Assembly (NCBI GenBank): GCA_910577565.1 | Contig: CAJTNJ010000003.1 | Span: forward strand, 25,090-89,089 | Source of the DNA: an uncultured Oscillospiraceae bacterium | GTDB lineage: Bacteria > Bacillota > Clostridia > Oscillospirales > Ruminococcaceae | Direction: 5' to 3' | DNA length: 64,000 bases | Part shown: one piece after another, positions 9,246 through 19,377 of the stretch | Position numbering within the stretch: position 1 is the first letter of the stretch | Layout of the letters: every line of letters begins with the position of its first letter | Notes under the pieces: model-generated | What the model was told of the DNA's origin: nothing | Databases searched by the model: none | Seen by the model: the letters and a program-made list of their open reading frames with translations, nothing else | Made by a program: the position numbers and the translations under genes

Positions 9246-9851
9246 CTATAATATTTCACCATTGTCAGCTTTTTGATATTTATGTTTGTCCTCTTTTGTA
9301 ATTTTGCGCATAACTCTGCACGGATTTCCTACTGCTATTACATTTGACGGTATACTTTTATTGACAACACTTCCTGCTCCTATTATTGTATTATCACCAA
9401 TATTTACACCTAAAAGCACACTAACATTCGCCCCAACCCAAACATTGTTACCTATTTTGATTGGTTTTGCAATTTCCAATCCCAGTGCACGTTGATTACT
9501 GTCTATTGGATGTCCTGAGGTTGAGAATATACAATTAGGAGCTATAAATACATTATCACCAAATTCTACCTTTGCTGCATCTAAAATAATACAGTTGTGA
9601 TTTGTATAAAAATTATCTCCAACCGATATGTTGAAACCATAATCACAATAAAACGGAGCTGTTACAACCAAATCCCCTTTAATTTCTCCAAAAATTTGTT
9701 GCAATAACTTCTTTTGTCTTTCAATGTAAGAAGGTTTGCAATTATTAAATTCATAACACAAATCTTTGCATTTTGTTCTTAATTTTTTAATTTCTAAATC
9801 ATGATTTGCGTCATATAAATAACCTGATTGTGCTTTTTCCAATTCCGTCAT
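9246..9851 (-). CDS. maa: Maltose/galactoside O-acetyltransferase (hexapeptide-repeat family)
   Basis: N-terminal Mac domain (EKAQSGYLYDAN...) followed by left-handed beta-helix hexapeptide repeats (IGDNVWVGANVSVLLGVNIGDNTIIGAGSVV). The start is either ATG 9851 (MTELEK...) or 9866. Confidence 0.85.
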   Translation of the reverse strand: MTELEKAQSGYLYDANHDLEIKKLRTKCKDLCYEFNNCKPSYIERQKKLLQQIFGEIKGDLVVTAPFYCDYGFNISVGDNFYTNHNCIILDAAKVEFGDNVFIAPNCIFSTSGHPIDSNQRALGLEIAKPIKIGNNVWVGANVSVLLGVNIGDNTIIGAGSVVNKSIPSNVIAVGNPCRVMRKITKEDKHKYQKADNGEIL

Positions 9852-10284
9852 CTTAAACACCCCCATATAATCTTAATTTATCTTTTTGTTACTTATAATT
9901 ATAATATATTTTTTCAAATTTAGAAATTTTAAAAAAATACAAAATGCAAAATATTTAAATAAAAAGTAAAAATGTTAATTTCTTTATATAACATAACTGT
10001 TAATAGCAAATTTTTAATAAATTAAATCGAATATAGTATGTAGAAACAAAAAACAAAACATACTGTATTTTTTTATATTTTTTGCATATATTAAATTATT
10101 TCATTAGATATTACAAATTTTTGTTGTTTTTGTAATATTTAATTTAATTTTTGTTTGAATATATTAAAACAGATTATATTACCTTTAAAATAAAAATCCC
10201 ATTTTTAGATAGTGTAAAACACTGCCAAAAAACGGGCTATTTGATTAAGGATAATATGTTTTTGTTAACTAACTTTATTAATTT

Positions 10285-10821
10285 TTAGCTTTCCATTTGT
10301 TTTCCAAGGAACATAGCGGCAGATTGTGCTAGTTTTAACTTAGTATCATCAACAGATGATGAATTGTTGTTATTAATGAATATTACTGATCCCCCAAGAT
10401 CTCCAGATGAAATGATTGGAACACAAACGAGCCCTTCTTTATCAAGATTTTTTATTGGATATAGAGTTTTTCCTTTACCAGCGATATGTGTCTCGCGATT
10501 TTGCATAGTTGTTTCAAGTTCGTTTGAAATTGGTTTTTCCAAGACTTCGCGTTTTGGCATACCGGCAACGGCAATCACTTGCTCACGGTCGCATATTATA
10601 GCAGGTACACCAGCTGTTTTAGATAAAATGTCTGCATATTGTGTAGCAAAAGGTGCGAGCTCGCCAATTGGAGAATATTTTTTTAATACAATTTCTCCGC
10701 CAAATTCGGTATATATTTCTAAAGGATCTCCTTCACGTATACGCATTGTGCGCCTAATTTCTTTTGGTATAACTACTCTGCCCAAGTCGTCGATGCGCCT
10801 GACAATTCCGGTTGCTTTCAT
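10285..10821 (-). CDS. spoVT: Stage V sporulation protein T (AbrB-family regulator)
   Basis: 178 aa. N-terminal SpoVT/AbrB swapped-hairpin domain MKATGIVRRIDDLGRVVIPKEIRRTMRIREGDPLEIY, plus a GAF-like C-terminal domain. Confidence 0.9.
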   Translation of the reverse strand: MKATGIVRRIDDLGRVVIPKEIRRTMRIREGDPLEIYTEFGGEIVLKKYSPIGELAPFATQYADILSKTAGVPAIICDREQVIAVAGMPKREVLEKPISNELETTMQNRETHIAGKGKTLYPIKNLDKEGLVCVPIISSGDLGGSVIFINNNNSSSVDDTKLKLAQSAAMFLGKQMES

Positions 10822-11240
10822 TTTTTCCTCCTATAAAACTAACATAACAATCTATTTTAATTCAGCACCAAAAAATTGATGGTTAAATCTTTATGATAAA
10901 TTTATTGTTTACCATATAGAAGGTTAATATGCCTATTATTGAAAAATATTTTAGTTCAAAATTAATATTACTTTAAATTGCTGTTTATTAATTTAATTTG
11001 CTATAAAAATTAAAAATCATCATTTTGTAAAAAAATAAAGAAATTTGTCTTAAAAAGTAACAATTAAATGTTAAATATATAAACAAATTAAAGATCAACA
11101 TAAATATTCCTTGTAATGATAGGAAAAATTTTAATTTAAAATATTTACAATTTATACATGCATTTTTGTAACCAATCTGTTATAATAGGGACATGCTGTT
11201 ATTTTGGCAGTAAGTTATATAATAAAGGGAGCTATTTATA

Positions 11241-11978
11241 ATGCGAAAGCATAATTTAAAATGTATATTAACCGTTCTGACGATCGCTATGGCGTTAAGT
11301 GTATTTGAAGGGATGCAAATGAGCGTTGTGGCAGCAGAAGAAGTTTCAATGCCAAAACTAAGTACGTCTCAAGTAACTTCAGCGGTTGTAAAATTAGATA
11401 GAAGCGTTGGTGTCGCAATACAACAAAGGCGTGAAAAAGAAATTGCAGATGAACTGGCTGCAAAAGAGCAAATGGAGGCTGAAAAAAGAGCAGCTGATGC
11501 AGCAAGAAAAAAAGCGGAGGAGGCAAAAAAAGCGGCAGAAGCTGCAAAAAAAGCAAGTGCTAAAGCAGCTAAATCAAAAGGATCTAAAACGCCTGAAAAA
11601 ACTAACTTATCGGTTAGTTCAAACTCATCCGTTGGACAAAATGTAGTTGCAGTAGCCCGCTCTTGTATAGGAATTCGTTATGGAGCTAGCAAATTTGGAA
11701 CTACATTTGATTGTTCAGGACTTACTCAATATGCTTATGGCAAAGCGGGAGTTAGTTTGTGCCACTCATCTAGCGGACAATATGCAAGTTGCAAAAAGAT
11801 TGCTTCAAGTCAGCTGCAAGTTGGAGATTTAGTATTTTGGGGCAATTCAAGAAATATTAACCATGTAGGAATCTATTCTGGCGGCGGCAAAATAATAGAT
11901 GCTTCACCAAATGGAGTTGTTGAACGTTCTATATACTCTACCGGTTCCCAACAAATAGTGGGTTACGGAAGACCATAA
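11241..11978 (+). CDS. Secreted NlpC/P60 (C40) cell-wall peptidase
   Basis: Signal peptide, then a K/A/E-rich linker, then a C-terminal NlpC/P60 domain. The catalytic Cys is in FDCSGLTQYAY and the His in INHVGIY. Confidence 0.85.
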   Translation: MRKHNLKCILTVLTIAMALSVFEGMQMSVVAAEEVSMPKLSTSQVTSAVVKLDRSVGVAIQQRREKEIADELAAKEQMEAEKRAADAARKKAEEAKKAAEAAKKASAKAAKSKGSKTPEKTNLSVSSNSSVGQNVVAVARSCIGIRYGASKFGTTFDCSGLTQYAYGKAGVSLCHSSSGQYASCKKIASSQLQVGDLVFWGNSRNINHVGIYSGGGKIIDASPNGVVERSIYSTGSQQIVGYGRP

Positions 11979-12043
11979 TTAATTTAAATTCATTACATAT
12001 AAATATTATTAATGTCTCTTAAAAAAGATAATTAAAAATTGAT

Positions 12044-12088
12044 AAGGATTGAATTCTGTATTTAACAGATCCCAATCCTTTTATTTTG
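12044..12088 (+). terminator. Rho-independent terminator after the NlpC/P60 gene
   Basis: aaggattg (12044-12051) pairs with caatcctt (12073-12080) and is followed by ttattttg. Confidence 0.55.
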
Positions 12089-12508
12089 AATAAATAAATT
12101 TTGTTATATTAAAGATATGTATAATTTTAAGTCCAGACAAAATTTCAAAGTGTCACATATTTTAGAAATTAAATAAAAAGGAAAATAAGTTTTTTCGATA
12201 TAATATAACTTGCCCAAAAAATTAAAGAAAACTAAAATAATATATTTGTAAGCAAAAAGCTGAATGTCTTGAAGAATTTTCAGATTTTGCAGAGACATTT
12301 ATTTCAATTAACGTAATAAAAACTATAACAACATACACCAGTTACTATAACTTTCTTGCTTTACCCTATTTCTATTACATATAAAACTCTATTTTTGGCA
12401 TTTTTTAACAAAATATATAAATGATGAAATAATAATAGATTTTTTGTCTACCTATCATTTCACTATTTAAAATTAATTTTGTTATAACATTTTTATATTT
12501 TTTATTTT

Positions 12509-13345
12509 TTATGATATTTTTAAGCTTATATCAAAAGCTCTAACTGAGTGCGTGAGTGCGCCTAATGAGATGATATCTACACCGGTTTTTGCAACTTCCA
12601 ACAAATTTTCTTCTGTTATATTGCCAGATGCTTCAGTTTTTGCTTTGCTATCGATTATTTTTACAGCTTTTTTTATCATATCATATCTCATATTATCTAA
12701 CATTATAATATCTGCGCCACAACTTACCGCTTCTCTAACTTCAGCTAGGTTCCTAGTTTCAACCTCAATTTTAACTGTATGACCTATTTTATTCTTAATT
12801 AAATCTATAGCCTTTGTAATTCCGCCAAGCGCATCAATATGATTATCTTTTATCATAACACAGTCGGACAAGTTAAAACGATGATTTTTACCACCGCCAA
12901 TGGCGACTGCGTATTTTTGCAATGCTCGCATACCGGGAATAGTTTTTCGTGTATCAGTAATTGAAGCGTTTGTTCCGCTTACAAGTTTTACACAGCGAGC
13001 GGTCATGCTTGATATACCTGACAAGTGTTGTATTAAATTTAGCGCTGTTCTTTCAGCCTTCAAAATTGATTTCGTACTACCCCTTACAGTTAATATGACA
13101 TCCCCCGCCTTTACTTTGCATCCATCAAATAATAATTTTTGGATTAATATCTTGTTATCTATAATAGAAAACACCCTGGCAGCAATATCAACACCACAAA
13201 TAACGCCATTTGATTTTGCAATAAAATTAGCGCTTGACATATTATCGTCACCAAGCAGGTAGTCAGATGTAATATCCATATAGTTGATGTCTTCCATAAG
13301 AGCAGTCTTAATAATTTCATCTATTTTAATTTGCAACAAAGACAT
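12509..13345 (-). CDS. nadC: Nicotinate-nucleotide pyrophosphorylase (quinolinate phosphoribosyltransferase)
   Basis: 278 aa, collinear with NadC (ERTALNLIQHLSGISS, TRKTIPGMR, GGGKNHR, DNHI). It lies 1 nt downstream of nadB. Confidence 0.9.
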   Translation of the reverse strand: MSLLQIKIDEIIKTALMEDINYMDITSDYLLGDDNMSSANFIAKSNGVICGVDIAARVFSIIDNKILIQKLLFDGCKVKAGDVILTVRGSTKSILKAERTALNLIQHLSGISSMTARCVKLVSGTNASITDTRKTIPGMRALQKYAVAIGGGKNHRFNLSDCVMIKDNHIDALGGITKAIDLIKNKIGHTVKIEVETRNLAEVREAVSCGADIIMLDNMRYDMIKKAVKIIDSKAKTEASGNITEENLLEVAKTGVDIISLGALTHSVRAFDISLKIS

Positions 13346-13346
13346 T

Positions 13347-14828
13347 TTAAAACTCCTTTTTTATATATTTATCCATTAATTCTTTCAAAATCAAATATCC
13401 GCATATTGCAAGCGATCTTGCCTCTATTAAATCTTGTGATATTTTAAAGTTATCATCTTCTAACATAGTCATAATATCTTTTAATTTTAAAAATCCAGTT
13501 TGGATTTTATTTTTATTTGTGGTAACAAAAGTAGATTCATATAGAATTTTTCTTATTTCGGTTCTTATACCAATTGGTAATGGTTCGTTTCCTGTATTTT
13601 TGGGGAATTCATATATATTTGACTCTTTTTTTATTGGCTTTAAATTATCATTTATAAAAATTGCTGCACGTTTTGCAAAAACATATCCTTCAAGAAGCGA
13701 GTTGCTAGCAAGACGATTTTTACCATGGACACCGGTGTGAGAGCATTCCCCCACAGCGAACAAACCCGGCAGCGTGGACTGTGAATTTAAATCTACATCA
13801 ATTCCTCCCATCAGATAATGCTGTGATGGATATATTGGAATTGGTTGTTTGGTAATATCATAACCGTATTCTTTTAGTTTGTCTGTAATCATTGGGAATC
13901 TACTTTTAATTAGATTACTGTCTTTATGAGATATATCAAGATAGAATTTAGAGCTGCCGATTAATTTTTGTTCTTTCAATATAGCTCGTGATACAACGTC
14001 TCTTGGGGCAAGTTCGAGGCGATCATCATATTTTTGCATAAATCTTTGCATGTTGCAATTTAAAAGGTATGCACCATCTCCTCTAACAGCCTCACTTATT
14101 AAAAATGATTCCCTGCTGTTGTTTTGAAATGCGGTTGGATGAAATTGAATATAGCTTATATTTTTAATTTTTGCACCTAGACGCCAAGCAAATGCTATAC
14201 CATCGCCGGTTGAAATTGAAGAATTTGTTGTGTATGGATATATTCTTCCTATGCCACCTGTTGCAATAACAAGGTATGTGCAGCTTGCATGATATAAACC
14301 ACAGTTTTGCTTTAAAAATTCAAGTTTATATTCAGAATTTATAAATTTTATGTCCGACAACTGAGTATATTCAAGCATCACTATATTTTTTCTTTTTGAA
14401 CATTGATCGGTTAGCTTTTTTTGTATCTCATTTCCAGATGAATCTTTATGATGAAATATTCTAGGTTCGCTGTGGCCGCCTTCAAGACCCATCTGATAGT
14501 TTCCAGTATCATCGGTGTCAAATTCAACTCCAAGTGAAACCAAATCATCAATTGCATCTTTACTGTTTTGAGATAATAGCCTAACAGCATCTATCCTGTT
14601 TTTGTTATGCCCGGCCACCAAAGTATCTTTTATATGTTTATTGTGGTTATCATTTTTAAAGTTATAAACAGCAGCAATTCCACCTTGTGCAAGTGAGGTG
14701 TTACATAAAAAAAAACTTTTTTTTGCAACTATAAGGGCTTTTACTGAAGGTTTTAAATTTAATGCAACCGATAGACCAGATATACCGCTTCCCACTATTA
14801 TGACATCAAAATGATCCAATGAATCCAC
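13347..14828 (-). CDS. nadB: L-aspartate oxidase
   Basis: 493 aa. FAD motif DVIIVGSGISGLS, plus the succinate dehydrogenase/fumarate reductase flavoprotein-like core (AQGGIAA, HPTA, GECSHTGVHGKNRLASNSLLE). Confidence 0.9.
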   Translation of the reverse strand: MDSLDHFDVIIVGSGISGLSVALNLKPSVKALIVAKKSFFLCNTSLAQGGIAAVYNFKNDNHNKHIKDTLVAGHNKNRIDAVRLLSQNSKDAIDDLVSLGVEFDTDDTGNYQMGLEGGHSEPRIFHHKDSSGNEIQKKLTDQCSKRKNIVMLEYTQLSDIKFINSEYKLEFLKQNCGLYHASCTYLVIATGGIGRIYPYTTNSSISTGDGIAFAWRLGAKIKNISYIQFHPTAFQNNSRESFLISEAVRGDGAYLLNCNMQRFMQKYDDRLELAPRDVVSRAILKEQKLIGSSKFYLDISHKDSNLIKSRFPMITDKLKEYGYDITKQPIPIYPSQHYLMGGIDVDLNSQSTLPGLFAVGECSHTGVHGKNRLASNSLLEGYVFAKRAAIFINDNLKPIKKESNIYEFPKNTGNEPLPIGIRTEIRKILYESTFVTTNKNKIQTGFLKLKDIMTMLEDDNFKISQDLIEARSLAICGYLILKELMDKYIKKEF

Positions 14829-15388
14829 CTACTGTGCTTTAACATAATTAATAATATTATACCATAAAGTTTTAATTTTTAACAATCTTTATTACAAGCA
14901 ATTTTAATAATATATTCGAACAGTTTTTTTGAGTTAAATTAATCGGATATTAATGTAAAGAAGGTTTTGAAAATATATTCTAAGTAAAAAACGTCATATG
15001 AAAAAACCATTACTTATTGATTAAAATTGTAAACAAATCTATTAAATAATTATAATAAATTCGCTTTTATTTGCCACAATCAATATTTTATATTTCACAT
15101 AAAAACATTTCATTAAACTGGCCATATAATCTACAATTTTGAATTTTAATATCTTACTTTATATACTACATTTTTATAAAATGGAAATATGTTTTAAAAT
15201 CAAAATCGCAAAAAAAATATTTAGAATTAAAATATATGCTAAGAAATGTAATGTATAAAAATTTAAAAAATGCCGAACTGATTTATTTCCAACTTTTCCA
15301 ATTTTCTACAACTCCAAATCATTGTCCTTTTTTGGATTTTGTGTTATATTAAACAGTGATATTTTAGTCAAAAAAGGAGTTAAAAACG

Positions 15389-16057
15389 ATGCAACAAACG
15401 GAAATGCCAAGCCACGAAAAATTTAAAATCGCGGCTATGTTAACAATTGTTGGCGGGTTTTTAGATACATACACATATATTTTAAGAGGTGGCGTTTTTG
15501 CCAATGCCCAAACAGGAAACATGGTATTATTTTCAGTTAATCTTGCTAGAGGAAATTGGGTAGATAGCACCTACTTTTTAATTCCAATTTTTGCTTTTGG
15601 AGCAGGTGTCTTCATAACAAATATTCTAAGCAAAAAATTTTCAAACAAACAGTTTTGGAATTTTGAACGACTAATTCTATCCTCTGAAATTATAATCCTC
15701 TTAATAGTCGGATTTTTGCCATTGTCTGTACCACATGGTATAGTTAATGTTATCATATCGTTTATTTGCTCTATCCAATTTAATGCGTTTCGCAAAGTCA
15801 GAAATATGCCATATGCATCAATTATGTGCACGGGTAATTTGCGTTCGGGAATTGATAAGCTGATTTTTTATTTTACTACAAAAGATCGCCATACTCTAAA
15901 AAACGCATTTCACTATTTTGGTGTCATTGCATTCTTTATTTTAGGTGCCATCACTGGAACACTTACTACAAAACTTTTAAGCACATATAGCATCTGGTTT
16001 TGTTGTTTACTTCTATTTACTGTGTTGTGTATGATTTCGACAAAACCAAAAGTTTAA
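15389..16057 (+). CDS. YoaK-family (DUF1275) membrane protein
   Basis: 222 aa with about 6 TM helices. The N-terminal block LTIVGGFLDTYTYILRGGVFANAQTGN is typical of DUF1275. Confidence 0.7.
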   Translation: MQQTEMPSHEKFKIAAMLTIVGGFLDTYTYILRGGVFANAQTGNMVLFSVNLARGNWVDSTYFLIPIFAFGAGVFITNILSKKFSNKQFWNFERLILSSEIIILLIVGFLPLSVPHGIVNVIISFICSIQFNAFRKVRNMPYASIMCTGNLRSGIDKLIFYFTTKDRHTLKNAFHYFGVIAFFILGAITGTLTTKLLSTYSIWFCCLLLFTVLCMISTKPKV

Positions 16058-16084
16058 TTTGTGTTTATTAATACAAATCGTATA

Positions 16085-17173
16085 TTATAGTTTATGAAAC
16101 AAATTCAAAAGAATAGCATTTTGAACAAGCATGCCTTTTGGCGTCAGCGATATAATGTCGTCTTTCATATTCAAAAATCCTGCGTCTTGCAATTTTGCAA
16201 TTCTACATTCCAATTCATCATTTAAAATACCGTTTTTTTGAAGCTCGTCTTTTGTTATGCCGCTATTAAGCCGAAATTTTAACATCAGCCACTCAAAAAC
16301 CGAATTTGTGGATTTTTCATATTTAACGAAACTTACATCGTTCATATATTTATAAATATCACGCTTGTGATAGAACCTTTTGCCATCTAAAAAAGAGTGC
16401 GCCGATGCCCCAAAACCAAGATATTCCTGCCTATGCCAATATTTTAGATTATGCTTGCACTGCTTTTTGTCTTTTGCAAAGTTGGATATTTCGTACTGCT
16501 TAAATCCCATCTCTTCAAGATTTTTTACCGCAAATAAATAAAGTTCGGCCGTTTCATCATCACACGGCACTTTGGGCGGATTAATTCCAAAAGGAGTGTT
16601 CGGCTCTATTTTCATTTGATAGAAGGAACAATGGTCAATATCTGCTTTTTTTATGAACAAAAGAGTTTTTTTAAGGCTTTCTTTTGTTTGACCCGGAATC
16701 CCAATCATAATATCAATCGAGATGTTATTAAACCCGACTTCACGCGCAAAATCAATCGCCTGCTGAGCTGTTTTTAAATTGTGTTTTCTGCCAATTGCTT
16801 TGAGCTCACAATCAACACCTGACTGCACTCCGATTGACAACCTGTTAATTCCGGCAGCTTTTAATCCGCTTAACTTTTCTTTTGTGAGCGTACACGGGTT
16901 GCATTCAACAGTTACTTCACAGCCATTGCTTAGATTATATAACCCCTTGGCCGAATCTACAATTGAAGCTATCTGCGAAACTTCAAGCAAACTGGGCGTA
17001 CCGCCTCCTATATAAAGTGTATCGGCAGTTTTAACACCGCTTCTAAGCTTAAATTCTCTTAAAAGAGCTTTGTGATACATATCCATTTTTTGTTTATCGG
17101 CTCTTACAGAATAAAAATCGCAGTATGGACATTTCCCGTGACAAAATGGTATATGAACATAAAGCCCGATCAT
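16085..17173 (-). CDS. hemW: Radical SAM heme chaperone HemW (HemN-like)
   Basis: CxxxCxxC motif in [14 protein letters not shown] and a HemN_C-like tail. It is in the canonical position overlapping the end of lepA. Confidence 0.85.
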   Translation of the reverse strand: MIGLYVHIPFCHGKCPYCDFYSVRADKQKMDMYHKALLREFKLRSGVKTADTLYIGGGTPSLLEVSQIASIVDSAKGLYNLSNGCEVTVECNPCTLTKEKLSGLKAAGINRLSIGVQSGVDCELKAIGRKHNLKTAQQAIDFAREVGFNNISIDIMIGIPGQTKESLKKTLLFIKKADIDHCSFYQMKIEPNTPFGINPPKVPCDDETAELYLFAVKNLEEMGFKQYEISNFAKDKKQCKHNLKYWHRQEYLGFGASAHSFLDGKRFYHKRDIYKYMNDVSFVKYEKSTNSVFEWLMLKFRLNSGITKDELQKNGILNDELECRIAKLQDAGFLNMKDDIISLTPKGMLVQNAILLNLFHKL

Positions 17174-18975
17174 TCGTCTAATTTTAAAACTGCCATGAAA
17201 GCTTCTTGCGGAACTTCGATAGATCCAAGCTGCCTCATTCGTTTTTTCCCCTCTTTTTGCTTTTCAAGCAGTTTTTTCTTTCTTGAAATATCTCCACCAT
17301 AGCACTTTGCAAGAACATCTTTTCTCATAGCACGGACCGTCTCACGCGCTATAATCTTTCCGCCGATAGCAGCTTGTATGGGTACTTCAAACAATTGTCG
17401 CGGTATATTTCCCTTTAATTTTTCAACTATCTTACGCCCCCTTGAGTATGCGCCGTCTTTGTGCACAATAAACGAAAGTGCATCTACTACCTCACCGCTT
17501 AGCAAAATGTCAAGCTTTACAAGCTTTGCCTCAGAATAACCTGCCATTTCATAATCCAGCGAAGCATATCCCTTAGTGCGCGATTTTAGCATATCAAAAA
17601 AATCATACACAATCTCTGCAAGCGGCAGGATATATTGAAGTTCTGCTCTGGTTTTTTCAATATATTTCATATCTTTAAATATGCCCCTGCGCTCTTGACA
17701 AAGCTCCATGATATTCCCAACAAATTCAGTTGGAGCTAAAATGTTTGCTTTTACTATTGGCTCCTCAGCTTTTGATATTAAATCGCTTTTTGGATAGTTG
17801 GTTGGGTTGTCTATCATTTTCACAGTACCATCGGTCATGGTAAGTTTATAAACAACTGACGGAGCTGTTGTGATTATATCAATATTATATTCTCTTTCAA
17901 TTCGCTCTTGGATTATCTCCATGTGAAGGAGGCCTAAAAAGCCACACCTAAAACCAAAACCCAATGCAACGGAGGTTTCAGGCTCAAAAGTGAGAGAAGC
18001 ATCATTTAACTGTAATTTTTCAAGAGCTTCTCTAAGGTCAGCATAACGCGCTCCATCAGTTGAATATATTCCCGAAAACACCATTGGATTTGCCTGCCTA
18101 TATCCGGGCAACGGCTCACTTGCAGGATTATTTGCAAGTGTTATCGTGTCTCCAACTTTTGTGTCGCCTATGCTTTTAATAGACGCAGTTAAATATCCAA
18201 CATCGCCTGCACTTAAACTTTCGGTAGGAATAAGCTCAGTTGCACCCATTATACCTGTTTGAAGGACTGTGAATTCTGCGCCCGTTGCCATCATTTTGAT
18301 ATTGTCTCCGGGTTTTATTTCTCCTTGCTTTATTCTTACGTAAACTATAACACCTTTATAAGAATCATAACTTGAGTCAAAAATAAGTGCCTGTAGCGGA
18401 TTTTTGTCATTACCTGACGGAGAGGGTATGTCTTTAACTATCTTTTCAAGTACATTTTTTATGCCAACCCCAGTTTTTGCTGAAATAAGTGGTGCATCCT
18501 CTGCAAAAATTCCTATAACATCTTCAATTTCTTTAATTGTTCTTTGAGGATCTGCTGATGGCAGGTCTATTTTGTTTATTACGGGAATCACTTCAAGGCC
18601 ATGCTCAATTGCAAGGTATGTATTAGCAAGAGTCTGCGCTTCAATTCCTTGAGACGCATCAACAACCAATAAAGCTCCTTCACATGCAGCAAGTGATCTT
18701 GAAACCTCATAATTAAAATCCACATGCCCCGGCGTATCAATTAAATTTAATTCATAATCTTTTCCATCATATGCATGGTAAACAAGCGTAACCGCTCTTG
18801 CTTTTATTGTTATCCCACGTTCACGTTCTATATCCATATCATCAAGCAATTGATCCTTTATATCTCGCTTGGAGACAGTATCTGTCATTTCAAGGATCCT
18901 ATCTGCAAGCGTAGATTTTCCATGATCTATATGTGCTATAATACAAAAATTCTTTATGCGATTTTTTTTGCTCAA
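17170..18975 (-). CDS. lepA: Elongation factor 4
   Basis: 601 aa. G motifs [18 protein letters not shown], plus a LepA C-terminal domain. TTG start behind GGAGGAAAACAG. Confidence 0.95.
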   Translation of the reverse strand: MSKKNRIKNFCIIAHIDHGKSTLADRILEMTDTVSKRDIKDQLLDDMDIERERGITIKARAVTLVYHAYDGKDYELNLIDTPGHVDFNYEVSRSLAACEGALLVVDASQGIEAQTLANTYLAIEHGLEVIPVINKIDLPSADPQRTIKEIEDVIGIFAEDAPLISAKTGVGIKNVLEKIVKDIPSPSGNDKNPLQALIFDSSYDSYKGVIVYVRIKQGEIKPGDNIKMMATGAEFTVLQTGIMGATELIPTESLSAGDVGYLTASIKSIGDTKVGDTITLANNPASEPLPGYRQANPMVFSGIYSTDGARYADLREALEKLQLNDASLTFEPETSVALGFGFRCGFLGLLHMEIIQERIEREYNIDIITTAPSVVYKLTMTDGTVKMIDNPTNYPKSDLISKAEEPIVKANILAPTEFVGNIMELCQERRGIFKDMKYIEKTRAELQYILPLAEIVYDFFDMLKSRTKGYASLDYEMAGYSEAKLVKLDILLSGEVVDALSFIVHKDGAYSRGRKIVEKLKGNIPRQLFEVPIQAAIGGKIIARETVRAMRKDVLAKCYGGDISRKKKLLEKQKEGKKRMRQLGSIEVPQEAFMAVLKLDE

Positions 18976-19039
18976 CTGTTTTCCTCCATATAATAACTAT
19001 TATCCTCTATGTCTACCGGCTTTGCACCTTAAATTAAAA

Positions 19040-19296
19040 CTAAATTTTGTCGGTAACTCGACTCGTCTGCGTATTCATAACCACATACACACCATTTTTT
19101 AATATCTTAGTCGCATTTTTTGCGTTAATTATAACCGGCCTAATTCAACGACTTGCCAACAGTTGACAAGTGAGAATTTGCTCCGACAAACTCTGTTATA
19201 ATGCTGCTTCACTTTTCCATGATATCGAGTAGTTCGTCGGACGTCTCTTTCATAATAAGTATATCACACGGTTTTCATTTTTCACTAATTCTTTAT
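19040..19296 (-). pseudogene. Degenerate duplicate of the pyk 3' tail
   Basis: Direct diverged copy of 19378-19625. The translation shows ...CDILIMKETSDELLDIMEK*...SHLSTVGKSLN*..VIINAKNATKILKNGVYVVMNTQTSRVTDKI*, with stops and a frameshift relative to the real Pyk C-terminus. Confidence 0.8.
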
Positions 19297-19377
19297 ATGA
19301 TCTTTTTTGCTCAACTGTTTTTCTAAATCTATCACTATTGTTTTTTATGTCTACCGGCTTTGCAGCTTAAATTAAAA

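Noticed and set aside
10364-10879. 171-aa plus-strand ORF.
   Set aside because: It is entirely antisense to the well-supported spoVT gene and has no RBS or family resemblance.
10880-11240. A cyclic-di-AMP (ydaO-type) riboswitch upstream of the NlpC/P60 hydrolase gene, which is a common association.
   Set aside because: None of the conserved GC-rich ydaO segments are present. The leader is AT-rich and unstructured by eye.
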